Both the position numbers and the translations under genes were made by a program. Positions 38,131-52,200 of a DNA stretch of 64,000 bases are shown piece after piece. Every line of letters begins with the position of its first letter. Within the stretch, counting starts at the first letter, position 1. Below the pieces are notes generated by a model. That model was not told the DNA's origin and searched no databases. It saw only the letters and a program-made list of their open reading frames with translations. The DNA comes from Euglena gracilis (lineage: Eukaryota). Location of the stretch: positions 46,727,847 through 46,791,846 of the forward strand of contig CP154954.1 of the NCBI GenBank assembly GCA_039621445.1, given 5' to 3'.

Positions 38131-40366
38131 GCAACATGAGACAGAAGGGCAGGCACCGTGTATCCGAAAATGGCCCAGGCCGTTCTGCAGCAGATGGCAC
38201 TTTGCTCGAAACCCCGTTGCTGCTCCGGCTCCTGCGCCTTCCGCTGCCACGGGTCCTCCGCTGTCGCCTCCGCCCGCGCCGCCGTCGGCGGCCCCACCTC
38301 CTCCTCCTCCTCCGCCTCCTCCTCCTCCCCGGCGTCCCGCCGGCCCAGCTGCTGGAGCTCCCGGAACTGCGCCTCCGCTTTCTCCAGCAGCCGGCGCCGG
38401 CGCACCTTGCCCCCGGGAGGGCCCTGCGCTGCCGCCCGCCACCCGGCTGGCCCCACCCGCAACCCGTCCCCCAAGAATGGCGAAGACTCCGGGGTTGGGG
38501 CCAACAAAGGGCGGGGGTTTTTTCGGGCTGGGGGGGGGGCGGCACCCACCGCCCTGGTCCAGGTTCGAAACGTGATCCCCGTTCTTTTCCCGCAGATCCA
38601 TTGGTTGGCCGTTCTAATGGCAGGAGGGGAATGAGGTTTCAGCCAAACAGCCAACCGGCCAAAGATCAAATGCATGAACCCAGATGTCGGGTATTCAAAA
38701 AATACAGCGATGGAGAAGAAAGAAGATGGTTGGGCTACAGACTGTTGCTTAAAGGTCCACTAGCCAGGCACTTTGCTGGACAGTAGAAAAGAGTAACTCG
38801 CTGGACCCCCAAAAGATCCCCAGGGCCCCCCAACTTGGGGAAAAAACCCTCCAGCGCTGCGCACCGAGGTGCAAATGGGGTTTTAATGCGTTTTTCTTGG
38901 CTGAACTGTTCCAGAAAACCCCAAAACTGTCAAAAAAACAGGCATTCTTGGGAGGTTTTGGGTGTTATGTTTTTGGCGCTTCAAGCTGGTCACTGAAACA
39001 AAGAAATTCCACTAGCTCTTTCAGACGGGAGGGTCCACACTGGGTTTCCCACTTGTTAAATTTGGATTGGATTTGCTGCATTCCAGCCCTTCCCCTCTCC
39101 CCTCAGGCAAAAACCTGCAAACCCAGAAGCATGAGCCTGGTGGGGTAGGCACGACCCCAACCACAACCCAATCCCGAATTTGACACCGGCGGAGTTGGTT
39201 TGCCGCCGCCTGAAGGATGGCGAAGACGGTGACTTTGACTGAAACCACCAAGAAGAGGTCGAAAATTTGGTTTTCTAAATGAACGGCATCCGCTGCGCAG
39301 GCAAGCCAAGCAGTGGCCTCGGCATCATCCTCAAAGCTCGGGGGCGGCCGCAGCCGGTAGGGCTTTGGGATGCAGGCAGGGCACGGGCTGCCACCCTCCC
39401 CGCACCTCGCTGGTCAACGGGTACAAACCTGTCCCGCTTTCCAAAATGAGAAATCAGACAGCACATGCCGCACAACCTCAAACTCGGGGGGGGGGGAGAT
39501 GGCAGGATGCCATTGTGCAGCAGAATGCCACGGGATGGAGTTTAACACAAAGGGTGGCAGGCAGGAGTTTTCTTAAGGACCCTCAGAGGGTCCAGCCATC
39601 TGGCTGGAATAAAGGTGCTGCGGGGGGTTCCAGCCAGATGCCATGCTTGATCGGGCTGGCACGCGAAAAAAAGTCCCAATAAAAAATCAAATGCAGCTGG
39701 GCTATTTCAACCAACATTTTGAGGTGAAGTCAAAAATGCCATTTTGACGACCTTTTTTTTAATATTCTTTTTGGTCCAGCCCAGCTTCACCCAAATGCAT
39801 TTCAGTGGCCCCTTGGACAATACTATTTCCACAGTCCGGCTGGAAACTGCTTGCTGAAAAAAGGGTGCTGGCTGGCTGGCTGGACACCGTCAGGGGTCCC
39901 CTCCGGCTCGAGAAATCCCCCGTGGCTGGGCCGCGCCAACAACAATGGTGGGGGGTGGGGGCTAAGAAGTGGATCACATATGAACCCCTGCCTTGCAGGC
40001 TCGATGGGCACTGGGACGGGAGGTCGAGGGGAGGGTCCTCCTCAACGCTCTCCAGAGACCTTGCCGGTGGTCTCTCACAGCCTGGCCCTGGGGGTGGGCG
40101 AAGCCATGCCGGTGCCACCACGTGAAGGGCACGTCGGACTTCCGGGTGTGGTTGTCGATCTCCCACAGCGGGGGGCGCGGGGGCGGCTGCACGGCGTGCG
40201 GGGGCAACCCCGGGATGGGGTTCGTCGGGAGCAGCACCCAGTGCCCGCAGCGCTGCGCAAAGGTTGGCGAACCCTGGCCCCCCAACACCGAGCTGCGAAG
40301 CTGAGACCTCAGGGGGATCAAAAATTAGAAACCACGGTCCAGTTAGATTGCAACGAACGCACAGAT

Positions 40367-40407
<41 letters not shown>

Positions 40408-40414
40408 ACCCACA

Positions 40415-40465
<51 letters not shown>

Positions 40466-40529
40466 GCGCGCGCATGCGCGCACACACACGCACACACATA
40501 CACACACACACACACATGCACGCACACGT

Positions 40530-40608
<79 letters not shown>

Positions 40609-41768
40609 CGGCAGAAAAACCAAGAGGTACACTCACCCACTCCATCACACACCATAACTAAGACGTTCCAACGTTCACCACCTGCAAAGAAAAAGGAAGC
40701 GATGTGGGCAGCACTGGCCCCGTGGGAGGAGCCCTCAAGTCCTTGACAGTCCGCAGCAGAGACTGGCTTCCTACCTCTTTCCCCCACCAGCACCATCCCC
40801 CACCGCAAAAAATCTGCATACACAGTCACTTACAATGGCCACTTGTTGCTAGAAGTCGTCTGCGCAAGTCGCACACATCTTTGGGCACCCTCGCACCCAA
40901 TGCGGGCGGTCATCATCAACATCGGCATCGTCCCAGGCACACACACGTGTGGACAGCGTGGCGGTCATTTTGGTTTCCATTGAACTCCATCGAGGCAACG
41001 GCCTCAGCATCATCAACACCCCCACCGCCCCCTTCGCCGTGCGTCCAGCCAGCCCCGGGCCACGACCTCCGGGATGGCGCGGATGAAGTGCGAGAGGCGG
41101 GTGTACCCGAGCTGGACGAGGAGCTTCGCGATGGCCGGGTTGCTGAACCCCGGCAGCCGCAGCAGCATGGTGACCTTCAGCCCGCCCTGGTTCATCTGGA
41201 GGTACCTGCGGCCCGGGGGTGGGAGGGACCCACCGGCGTGGGGCTGCGACCGACCGGCCGTGGCAGCCACGCAAATGGCGCAGAATACTCCGGTTGAACT
41301 GGTGGGTGGCGGCGGCCAGACATTCAGAGCCAGTGGGCTTCCAGAGAGATCTTTGCAACTAAATACCCCCAATGCCCCCCGGATTACACAAAATTGGAGA
41401 AATGGCATTTTCCCCCTCGGGTGCTCTGAGGTCAAACAACGTGTCTTTTTAGAAACAAAACCTGGCAGTTTTTCTCGAAAACCAATTTTTTTTTGCAAGA
41501 AAACCCAGCCACCTTCAACAAAAAAGAACAAGTAGAGTATTTTCATAGAGAGCCAATGTTCGGAACAGAAATCCAAAAAAAGCCCCCCCCCCCCCGAATA
41601 ATTGCCCCCCATGAATTATCCCTCCCCAATTTTGGGGGGTTTACAACATGTATGCACATTGAAAGGTCACTTGGACCTACAGGATACAAATCTGTCCAGG
41701 AGGAAAAAATGTTAAATCCTTCCTGAAATATTGAGCAAACGGCACCCCACAGGCATATATATATATCT

Positions 41769-41812
<44 letters not shown>

Positions 41813-41854
41813 TTATATATATATATATATGTATATATATATACATATATATAC

Positions 41855-41897
<43 letters not shown>

Positions 41898-42029
41898 GAC
41901 ATACATACATACATACATACATACATACATACATACATACATACATACATACATACATACATACATACATACATACATACATACATACATACATACATAC
42001 ATACATACATACATACATACATACATACA

Positions 42030-42062
<33 letters not shown>

Positions 42063-45000
42063 CTCTGCAACGATGATGTCCAATTCAACGTTGAAAAGAA
42101 ATACATGATGAAAGTGAGCAAAATGCTGACCTGAAAAACATAGGACATGAAAAACATGACACGAACCTGTCAGAATAATATTTATTTCTTTCCTCATAAA
42201 AACACATACTTTCGAGTGAAGTGAAACACGGTCAGAAGAGCGACAAAAACATATGGGCTGATACACATTACTGCTAAACCCAAAGGCTTTCACACACATC
42301 GTGCCAACAATTGGCATGAACTCACCAAAATTGCCAAAATAAATGCACCGAATGGCCAAAACTTTAGTGCAATGTTTTGTCATAATATGCAAATGTTTCA
42401 GCCACATTTTTTTTATAACCGTGAACAGATGCAGTTGGTCATCAGGGATTAGTGCTCATCCGTTGTTGGGGGGGGGGGTCGGCCCTAATCCGCAGTTCCT
42501 TGTAATTGTCATAGTTGCAAAAAAGCCTGTGCTGACCTCAGAAATGCCAAAGAAAAGCAAATGTCACAGAAATGACAAAGACAGCCAGAAGCAGCCAGGA
42601 GAAGCCAAAAGAAGCAAAAAGTGGCTAAAAGCAGGTGGAAACAGCTAGAACTAGCCAAATATAGGCCGAAGAAAAAAATGGGCAAAAAGAGTCAGACCTA
42701 AAATGACCAAAAGTGGCCAAAAACTTGCCAAAATCACCCAAAAAGCAGCCAGAAGCAGCCAAGGCACCAAATCGCAAGAAGCAGCCAAAACTGGCCAGAA
42801 GTAGCCTAAAGTGGCCAAAATAACCTAAAGGCAAAAAAATCAATTTTGGCTTGTCCGTAGTTATCTGCAGCTATCCGTGTTTGGGGTTTGGGGCTTGTCT
42901 GTTGTTATCTGTCATTATCCATAGTTATGATACACACCAATCCCACTGAAAAAAGAATGACACTGCAAAAGAGTTTATTGTCCCTTATCATTGCAACGAA
43001 TGCTGACCCCCTGTCCTCCCAATGAAAATTGTCCTTTACCCTCTGTTCTCCCTGATGCTCCTCTGCGAGCTTTTCTCCCACCCTTCTTGTACCTACTGAC
43101 CTGTCTCCGACCCGTTTTTTGTTGTTGTGAATTCCCACATTTCTGTCGCGAAATGCACATTTCCTAAATGATGCCAATTCTCTCTCTCTGACCCAGAACC
43201 CCCACAGGAAACTGTTTCCTACCTCTCCTCTGTGCGAAAATTGCGCTGTGGAATGCAGAGCGGCACAACGTGTGCCGCTCTGCATTCCACAAAGATTTTT
43301 TGGATATTTTTATTTTTTGGATTGATCAGCTTGCATAGCAAAGGTGACGAACTTGAATGAACAAAAAGCTGCACAGGACTGCTGCAGCACGTTGACACCA
43401 AAGGAACATACCTTTGTAACACGTCGGCCAAGAAGAAGAACTCTTCTTTGTATGCTGGCCGCCAGAGATGAGCTGCGTGCCGGGCTGAATGGGAAGGGGC
43501 AGGGCAAGGCCTGTTAACTGGTGGGGTGTCCCTCTACCTCCAAAAACAATCTCCACGTTGTCCCTTTCCCCGGAAAGGGGTTGCGATGCAGAACAATCCT
43601 CAAAAGCAGATGCTGTTCACCGCCAGGCAAACGAGAAACGTTCTAAAGTTTGGGAACGAAAATCTTTGCTCAGAACGAGAAGCCTACGGTATTTCTGGAG
43701 ATTCAAGGCAAGAAAGAAACCCTCAAATGGGCTGGTTGGGAAAACTGCTGGTTGACCGCCTCGATGATGTTTGCAGGCGGGAAAAAAAACACACCTGGAG
43801 AAAAAAGCAACGAAATAACTTTATGGGGAAAGGAGGAATGGAATGCGCTTAGAATTCCTCGGCAAGGATTTTGAAAAAGAATTCCCCAGGCAAAAAGTAC
43901 TGGCAAAGAAAAATCGAGGGCGCCTGCTTGGGAGAGATGAGCTCCCAAGCCTTTTTTTTAGCTCGATTGCCAAAAAGGATAAAGGACTTAAGAAATTACA
44001 TTAAAAATTTCCTTTAATTCTGCAGACCCCAATACAATCACATGGCAAGGGGCAAGGATCACTGGATTACACAGGCGGGCATCCATCTGTGCCACACGGC
44101 ACAGGTGGGATGATGGCAGCCTCGATGCTGTGATCGAAAGCCTGCACAAATGAGGGGAATTTTGTTGCTGTTTGGTTGTCCGTTGCGGAATGCTTTGCAC
44201 ATTTTTCATTTGTTGACTTTTTGCTTCTCCCCCTCAACCCCCCAACAAATCCTGCAGCCCCTCTGCACGCGTTGGGGGGGGGGGGGCACCGCCATTCATT
44301 CAGCCGCGGGCCAGGCCAGGGGTCGGGGGCCCGGGCGGCATCGGCACGTTCTCCCACTGCGGGGCGAGGGGCAGCAGCGTCTCATACCGCGGGGGGGCCG
44401 GCTCCTCCTCCTCGCTCCCCACGTCCTCCTCCTCCGCGTGGTCCTCCTGCCACGCCTTCACCCGGCGGCGGCGACCCCCTGATGTGCGCCCCCCACCCCA
44501 CCCCAATCCCCAGGGTAGCCACGGCTGCGTGCACTGGCCCGGCCCTGTGCAGTGCACAGGCCCAACGACCTCATGTCAAACCGAAATGTCACCCTCCCGC
44601 CACATCATTGGAGGTCAGCCTGCAGGTTTAAGGGAACTTTTTCTTTATTCAAAGGGAAAAAGCAAAATTGATTCAAAACAACTATTCCCATACATAAACC
44701 AAGATTGAATCAACAAAATCGCATCTGACTGGGGGGCGTTGGGCAAGCCTCGTCGCTGGACAAGGGGGAACACTGATGATAAGGACAGATAAAAAATTGC
44801 AAAATAATTGCCAAACAAACATTAAACGTTTAGAGTACGTCTGCGAGAGGATTTATAATTCTCAAAAATTTGGCAAATATTAGAATTTGGTAATATCTCG
44901 CCAGGGATCTACGCGGGGAAAAATTCTTTTGGTTTCCCTGGACTACATTTTAGGTTTTGACCCTGTTCGAGCTGTGGAACGACCATTTGGTCAAGAAACA

Positions 45001-45665
45001 TGGACCACCCTGGCCACCCGGGGCTATGGCCCAAATCAGCTCGAATGAAATTATTATTTTCCGGAAGGCCTTACTGAAACGTCTGTGTCCAGGAGTCAAC
45101 GCAACAAGCACCCCGGGCTGGGTCGGGGAGCAGCCGGAGGCAGCCCGGCCAGCTCTTCGACTTCCCCTTCCTCTTCTCCTTCCACTCCGTCCTGCGATGA
45201 ATTGGAGGGCGTCGGAGAGTCGATGGCCAGCGACCACTCCAGGGGCAGGCGTGGTGCAAAGTCCCACAATTGCCGAGATTGGACACACACACAGGCTGCA
45301 CGAGCGGAGCCTCAGCATTGCATTGAAAGAAAGAAGACAACAAAAAAATGAATAAAAAAAATGAAAATGGCTGTAGGGTGTGCAGATGAAAAGAACAGGG
45401 CCAGTAGGTACATCAAAACCACCCAACCTGCCCACCCAACCAGAACGCCACCGCGGGCCAGCATGCCCCAAGCACACAGCGGTTGCCCATGAGCTCCACC
45501 ACCCCATCACGCCTGGTCCGGGGGGCCGGCGCCGCCTCGCTCACCTCCTCCCCCTCGCCGCCCACCCCCTCCCCCTCCTCCGTTTCCTCCGCCGCCGATG
45601 GCTGGGCCGCCGCCTCTGCGGGCAGCGGCAGGGATGGCACCGCCCCCGGCAGGGCAGCCCTCCTG
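14390..45665 (-). CDS. Scattered low-complexity (P/E/A/R-rich) host exons between blocks B and A (about 45515-45660, 45110-45250, 44350-44480, 38230-38480, 36120-37030, 31120-31330, 16890-16960, 14390-14640); boundaries unresolved
   Basis: Isolated GC-rich islands with plausible minus-strand reading, e.g. [76 protein letters not shown]. Confidence 0.4.
21065..24193 (+). CDS. DDE transposase-like protein (Academ/DUF6589- and Transib/RAG1-related), proposed join(21065..21641,22024..22683,22923..24193), about 835 aa
   Basis: Three GC3-rich segments join in frame across two introns with paired ends. Motifs in order: [55 protein letters not shown]. This fits the D-D-(H)-E order of an RNase H-fold transposase. 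Lies inside a TIR/TSD-bounded element. Confidence 0.75.
24566..29625 (+). CDS. Multi-exon cargo gene: ParB/Srx-like N-terminal domain, degenerate N6A/N4C DNA-methyltransferase-like fold, and K/E/P/A-rich tail (3' end approximate)
   Basis: ATG at 24566 follows TTTTTTTAG. Exons 24566-24643, 24877-25072, 25277-25653, 25849-~26070, then ~26275-26390, ~26583-26690, ~26900-27570, ~28105-28400, ~28580-29170. ParB-like stretch [18 protein letters not shown]...[15 protein letters not shown]. MTase-like stretches [10 protein letters not shown] and [13 protein letters not shown]...DWVLAV...[22 protein letters not shown]. One frameshift in a G run near 25950. Confidence 0.65.
34612..35245. mobile_element. 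Tc1/mariner-like non-autonomous element
   Basis: TA + CAGTGTGGCCAAAAATTACGGAAGAC ... GTCTTCCGTAATTTTTAGCCGCACTG + TA. Confidence 0.85.
38045..38127. repeat. (CA)n microsatellite
   Basis: Read directly from the sequence. Confidence 0.95.
40125..41215 (-). CDS. Further host exons with a LOTUS-like repeat (about 41050-41210 and 40125-40255)
   Basis: [49 protein letters not shown] matches the LOTUS-type G(Y/F)xxLxxF(I/L)xxIP(D/E)VV ending; the next exon reads [18 protein letters not shown]. Confidence 0.55.
40369..40608. repeat. Compound (CA)n(CG)n(GA)n microsatellite
   Basis: Read directly from the sequence. Confidence 0.95.
41755..42062. repeat. (TA)n/(TACA)n microsatellite
   Basis: Read directly from the sequence. 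Confidence 0.95.
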
Positions 45666-46259
45666 CCCCCCCCCCCCGTTCCTGTGGCAATGGGAGGGGA
45701 CATGGTGGGGCGTCGCAAGAACGGGGCCAGAGCGGACCGTGTTTTTTTTGGCGTCTTTTACCCACTTTTGCCACGTTACCTTTTTTGGACACTACGTTGG
45801 CGCATTTTGCTACTTCTTTAAATTTTTTGGCCGCTTTTAACTGCTTTCTTTGGCCTTCTTTGACAACTTTTGCCTGCTTTTGGATTTTTGGTCACTTTTT
45901 GGCCACTTTTGATTGCCTGTGGCCATTTCTGGCCAATTTTGGTCACTTTTGGCCACTTTTGGTCCACCACAGGCGACCCGTTTTTTTGGCCACTTTTGCA
46001 ATTTAAGGCCAGGCCACTTTGGTCCAATTGGGACATAATCGGTTGACAAGAGGCATAATCGGCCCTGGTCCCTGATTGGAACCCCACCTAGGTCCTGAAA
46101 ATCATGGTCGGCCCTGGTTGGGGGGTGGGGGGGCTCAATCCATCCAGTCACCCCTGAGGGGTATCCTGATCAAAAAGAAGCCAGCCAGGAGCACCGTTCA
46201 GGTCCCATCAAGCCCATCAACAGCTCAGCCCACCCCCACTGACACGGTTGCCTGGCAGC

Positions 46260-49200
46260 CGCCCAGCAGGAGCGCTGGCCTGACCGCCGGCCGCAGGCGC
46301 CCCGCCGCCGCCGGATGGACCTCCCGCAGCAGCCGGAGGGACGGCAGGATGGTGCACGACGACCGGCGGGACCCCTTGAGGCGGGCGAGGTCCGGCATGC
46401 CGAGCAGCACGTCCCGCCACCCGTACCCGCGCTTCGTCCCCATGAAGAACTTCAGCAGCTTGACCCCGCGCCTGCCAGCGCCTCTGGCCCGGACGGCTAA
46501 AATCATTGAATATTCCAGCAATTGTATTTTTAATGTCAGAAACACTGATGCATCGGGAACATTTTTTTGAGATTTTGAGATTGCGGGGAAAATGCTGGAA
46601 GAAGGAATACAAAAAAACATCTCCTCCTCCTCTTTCTCCTCCTCTTCCTCCTCCTCCCTCTTCTTCCTTTTCGATCTTCTTCCATTCCCAGTTGGAATGA
46701 TTGGGTCAATTGACGGACAACTCTTGGAAACAGAGCAGTGATTGAGCTCTCGACACTCTGCAACAGCATCAAGTGTGGCACCAGTTCTTCCAATTCAGCG
46801 CTCCACACTGCAACACTAGTTGTCAGTCCGGAGGCGGCCGATGTACAGCCCGGCGTAGACGTCGAACTGCGAGAGAGGGACTCCCTCCGGGTAGTGCATG
46901 ACGCAGTCCCGCACGATGTCGCGCAGCTCAAGGAAGCCGACCTTAATACCCGCCTTACGGAAGGTCTGTTGGGCGCGGTGGCCGACCCGGATGACAACCT
47001 CCTTCCGGTTCACCGCCCAGTCCGGCACTGGGGGGATGCCGCACCGCAGCAGGAGAGGGCAGCCATGGGCGCTTGCCGTTGCGCAAAAAAATAATAAAAA
47101 ATAAAGCACAAGGTGTTTGAGTGTTACAAACTGTATTTACCTGCGGCAAATCTTGAAATTTCTTTGTTGTATACCCTTCATCCTTCGTCTGAGGGAGTGG
47201 ACTGGGAATCGTCGGGGAGGGGGGAGTGATTGCACAAGGAGAAATAACTGGCAAACTCATTCATTTTGGCACAGGAATTGTTTATTCTTCGTCTGGAAGG
47301 TCATTGCAGTGGTGGGTGCAGTGGAGAAAATGGAAAATTTGAAGGAAAAATGAAAACACAGAAGCACCCAAGGATTGAACAATAAACCCCCCTCGGGGTC
47401 TAACTTCGCCAACCGAGTTAACATCCCCCCCAATTTTCGGGCCAACGACCTGGATTTCGCCCTGAAAATGTAGGTAAATATCATAATTTCTGATGTCAAA
47501 TTACGGGGGAAAAATCGATTTTTCTGGATCATCTGGCCTCCAAAAAGGCCTTATTTCATGAGAAAATACAATAAAAGACCCAAAGGGGGCCTTGGGGTGC
47601 CATTCCATGAGACTTTGAAAATTTTCGAAATTTTGGGGAGCTGTCACCCCCCAAATAATACCCCCTCGGGACGGGACTTGAGGTCAAAAAATAATACCCT
47701 GGGGGGTATTATTTAGGAGGGGGGTTGCTCTTATTTGGCAAATTCGACCTCAAAATGGGTTGAACCTATGTGAACAACATCAAAATACATGGCAGGTACA
47801 ATTCTTTAGAAACAGGCAATTTGATATTTTCCCTTCCAGTTTCATTTGGAACGTGGCCATGTAAAACTTGCGCAAAAAAATAGGTCCAACTCTCAAGAAA
47901 CACATTTTCCCCATCATGGCGGTCAGTGAGGAAATCGGGGGGTGGGGGATATTATATAGGCGGCTGAAGTCGGATCCAAGAGGGAAAATTATTTGGGATT
48001 GTTGGGGGAGGAGGAATATAAACTGGAAGGGGTTTTATTTTTTGGGGGGTTAAATGGCAGCCCATTCGAGGGTCCCAGGAGAAGGACCTGAAATGGGAGT
48101 CCCACTTGTGCAGACCCTTCGTGCGGGTGTATGGATTCGTCGTGTTTCACCACAAACATAGCACCATAATGGCGAAGGGGTGCCCCCCACTGTCCCTTCA
48201 ACTGTTTCGAATTGCAAAGTCCCTTGTCTTCTGGATCTTAGGCGGCCGATTTCGCACTTAAGCTTTTTTCCTTTTGATGCGCACATTTGCGCAAATGTAC
48301 CATTTTTTTGTAACCCCTGGGACCCTGTACCCTGACACCCAGAACACGATTTAAGAACTGTTACACCCCTGTATTGGAGGGGATTAACTCCCAGTGGTCT
48401 GGTGTGCATGCTGCTTACCGGGTGACGTTAATAGGGCTGGGGGTGAGACTGGTGCTGTTGTACATCAAACGGGAGAGAGGCACACACCCCTTGTTACGAC
48501 ACTGGAAACGGTGCTGACGTGCTGCCTGAACTGGCTGGGACACTGCCGCCACCGATGAGAACACACGAAGCCTCATTAGATCACACCACCACAGACAGAC
48601 AGACTACGTGAGGCAGCCGTCACGCAATTGATGTGTGTTTATGCGCGCAATTGCGCAAATAAAAACAATTGTGTTTATGGGCGCATTTGCGCAAATAAAA
48701 CGTAAACCGATGATGATAAAATGACGTGTTGGTGGGCGCAAATGCGCGCACCAACTTATTTGGTGGTGTGCGCATTTGTGCAAATGCGCGCACCAACACG
48801 TTTATGTTTACTTGCGCAAATGCGCCCACCAACATGTACTTTTACTTTCTACGTTAAAAGACACCAATGAGGACCATACCCCAGGAGGTTTAAAAACGTG
48901 ATGGGGGTGTTGGTGCGCGCAATTGCACAAATAAACACAATTACATTTGGTGCGCGCATTTGCGCAAATGCGCGCACCAAACATTTAATACACCGCTTCA
49001 AAATAATGTGTTTGTAGGAGCCTTAGAGCACACAAACAAAGTTGTGTTCACTTGCGCAAATGCGCGCACCAACACACACCAGTTGCGTGATACCATCTCC
49101 TCCTCAGTGACAGCTGGCGAACGCAACTCCTCACGTCAACCAATGGTTTGCACCACGTTTACGTGCTGATGAAATTTGTGGTGAGAGGTGGTGTGGAGTG

Positions 49201-52200
49201 TTCACTGGAACACGGCATGTGACTGGCCAAAATTTGCCTGTCTCACGTGTGTACATTTGCACTGCTGTTACCTGGCCCACACGACCTGTTGTTTTGGTGT
49301 CATCCGTTTGGCAGTTAAACGTAATGAATTGACGACGTGCAAACGACCTGTGACTGTTGAACACCTTTTGTGCAACAGGACTGCGTTGCAAGAAGACAGA
49401 ATTTGGCACCTGAAATGCCCGGGACGTGTCAGGCCGTAGTCCGTTTTACGGTTTTCTTTGCCATTTTTCCCTTGAAAAACGTAAAAAACACCGGTTTTTG
49501 TGCATAATTTGGGGGGAGTGGGTCCCACCGCTTTGATGCACCCAATCCAGGGGTAAAGGTTCACCACTTCCTTGTACCCAAAGTAACGGGTGTTTGAGGG
49601 CCACCTCTCTCCAGCTGCTGTTTGCCATGCACTGGCACCACGTCGTCCCCCGAGTCTCACACCCCGGTGGCGGGGTGTAACGTGGCCGCTGTGGTGGGTG
49701 TCGTTGCACCGGGGAGGTGAATGCCAGTCTGGTGGGTGCTGAAGCATCAGCAGCTGATGGGGCGGCAGCAGCGGAGCCGAGGCCGCAGGCCAGCCGCAGG
49801 GCCCTTGGGACCCAAAAATTGGTGCCTGTGGAGGTGCACCGTTACTGGGTGGCTGTGAACCCACCTTCAAGAGATCCTGTGTCTCCATCTTTTGTGGGAC
49901 CTGTCAATGGTAAAAAAACGGCACCGTAACACCATATCCCGGAGGGGACGGTGTAGTCATTTGGATTGAACCCACTCAGAAGCCACTAAGGGTAGCTGTA
50001 GGAGGGCCAAATGAAATCACTTATTACTCCTCCGTTGGTGGTTTATTTGCGCATTTGCGCACATCACGTTGTTTTATTTGCGCAAATGCGCAAATAAAAC
50101 AGATGTAAACTGAACAATTTACATCTGGTTTATTTGCGCATTTGCGCACACAAACAACGTGATGCGCGCAAATGCGCAAATAAACCACTTCCGCTGTCGG
50201 TGTTTGACGGCTGTGTTTCCGTCACACCGTTCTACTTTGCGTTTGATGCGCGCAAATGCGCGCATCAAACACAAAACATGTTTATGTGCGCATTTGCGCA
50301 AATGCGCGCATAAACATGTTTTGTGTTTGATTTTGTGTTTGATGCGCGCATTTGCGCGCATCAAACGCAAAGTAGAACGGTGTGACAAACCCACCAACTA
50401 CATGGCCCGTTGGTCCGTGCCGTCACGGCCTCTTTGTCACACCGTTTATCAACGGCGTCAGATCGTGGGTGCCAAAGCCCCATCCTTGAAGGACATGTTT
50501 GCGTTTGATGCGCGCAATTGCGCGCATCAAACGCAAACATGTTGGTGCGCGCATTTGCGCGCATCAAACGCAATTCTCTTCGCAGGTTCTTTGCCACACA
50601 GCTGGTTGTACGGGTCCCGGGTATAAGTCGGGTGGGAGACACCCGTCCCCTTTATTCCCTTCATTCCCTGCGGACCTCGTTTCTTCCCCCTCTGCGCATC
50701 CCTTCCCAAACACCCCGTACTTACCTTCCTTCCCTTGTGTCCTTCCCGTCGGCTCAGTCACACCACACCCACACCCCCCGGACCTTCCTCCCTACACATC
50801 AACAAACAGCCCCAAAACACCACATCAAGGCGCCGCAAGCAACGCAGTCCGGCAAACACCCAGGACACACACCGCCGGCAGCTCGGACACACCCGGGGAC
50901 ACAGCCGAAAGGAGCAACAGGGGCAGTAAAGGTCCCGTTCCTATGGTGCTTTTTTGCGTTTTTTTCAGGGTGGGCCGGCAGGGTCCCGTAGGTTTGGGCC
51001 CACAAAGTCCTTCCCGACACACCCCAAAAACAGCATTTTCCGCCAAAGTCCCGGGGGTCTCACCGCCAAAATCAGAATTTCGCTCGTTTTTTGTGCTCTC
51101 TTGTCCACGTGTTTTCAAACCCCCCAGACCTTCACAGCCGAAACAGAGCACAATCAAAAAAATCGTAAATTTGCGCAAGTGCGCGCATCAAACGAAAAAA
51201 GCTTAAGTGCGAATTCGGCCGCCTAAGTGGATGATGGGCTGATCTTCTTCATCAATTTTTTTCAGACGGCCAGTAGGATTACGGTTGGGATTCACATTCT
51301 GGTTTTGGACATTTGAAGGCTAAATTTAGGCCCTTTCTGCCCCAATTATTTTCTAATAATAAGCCTAATTTTGGTACAAAACACCAAACACTTCCTCCTT
51401 TAACCGTAAACCTAGCCAGAAACCAAAATGAATTCCAACTGAAGCTCGAACAACATCAAACACACTCAGCACACATTGCATGCCCGAGAAATCCTGGGAA
51501 GGGGGGTCCACCCCCCCCCCCGGCCATCCACCGGGGCACGGTGCGGCACCGCCGGGATGTCCATGCCCTCCAGCCTCTCGAAGATGTCCGCGTTGAAGAA
51601 GCTCGGCCCCTCGAACAGCTCTGTGTCCGACAGCTCGAAGTCCCGCAGCAGCTCCGCCGGGATGGGCAGCCGGGGCGGCGGCAGGTGCTCCGGGGCGACC
51701 GGCGAGGGCGGCGCGGCATCTCAAAAAGGCTGCGGTGGGCAGCGGTTGGGGTCCCGGGGGATGGTGCGGTGGGGGGAGGTCAGAGAGTGGGGCATGCTGG
51801 AGAGGCAGGAACGCCTGCAGGTGACAGGGTGATGGGAACGAGAACTGCAAGGAAGAATGGAGGTCGGGAGGAGATGGGTGCTACATCCACCCCTTTGTCC
51901 TTGAAAAGCCAAAATACGGGGAAAGTGCGGTTGACACGGGGGTTGATGGACCGGGGGGGGGGGGATGTGCCCTCGCAGACGTTTTACTGATTTATTGACC
52001 CAAATGGGCGGGGAGCGGTTGTGTTTCTTTTGGTCATGGCACTTGGACGTTCTGCACGATTTTGGGAACGTCTGCTTTTCCAAATGTCACCATAAAAGTT
52101 TTGTTCCACAGCTTTCGACGCCTGGCATCTTCCTGCTCTTTCCTTGTGTGGGCAAAGATTTGGGTGCCCGCGCATTCGGGGGGACGATGCCACTCCGATG

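Noticed and set aside
41677-42407. ORFs with MYVC, HT or CV repeats (also near 2.9, 4.2, 12.7, 38, 40.4 and 58 kb)
   Set aside because: Translations of microsatellites.
49131-49888. Protein-coding gene within subfamily B elements
   Set aside because: Short ORFs differ in frame and stops between the two copies and show no convincing motif; a decayed remnant cannot be excluded.
48630-50570. CRISPR array from the recurring TGCGCA motifs
   Set aside because: Repeats are short, degenerate, irregularly spaced and in both orientations; no cas genes.
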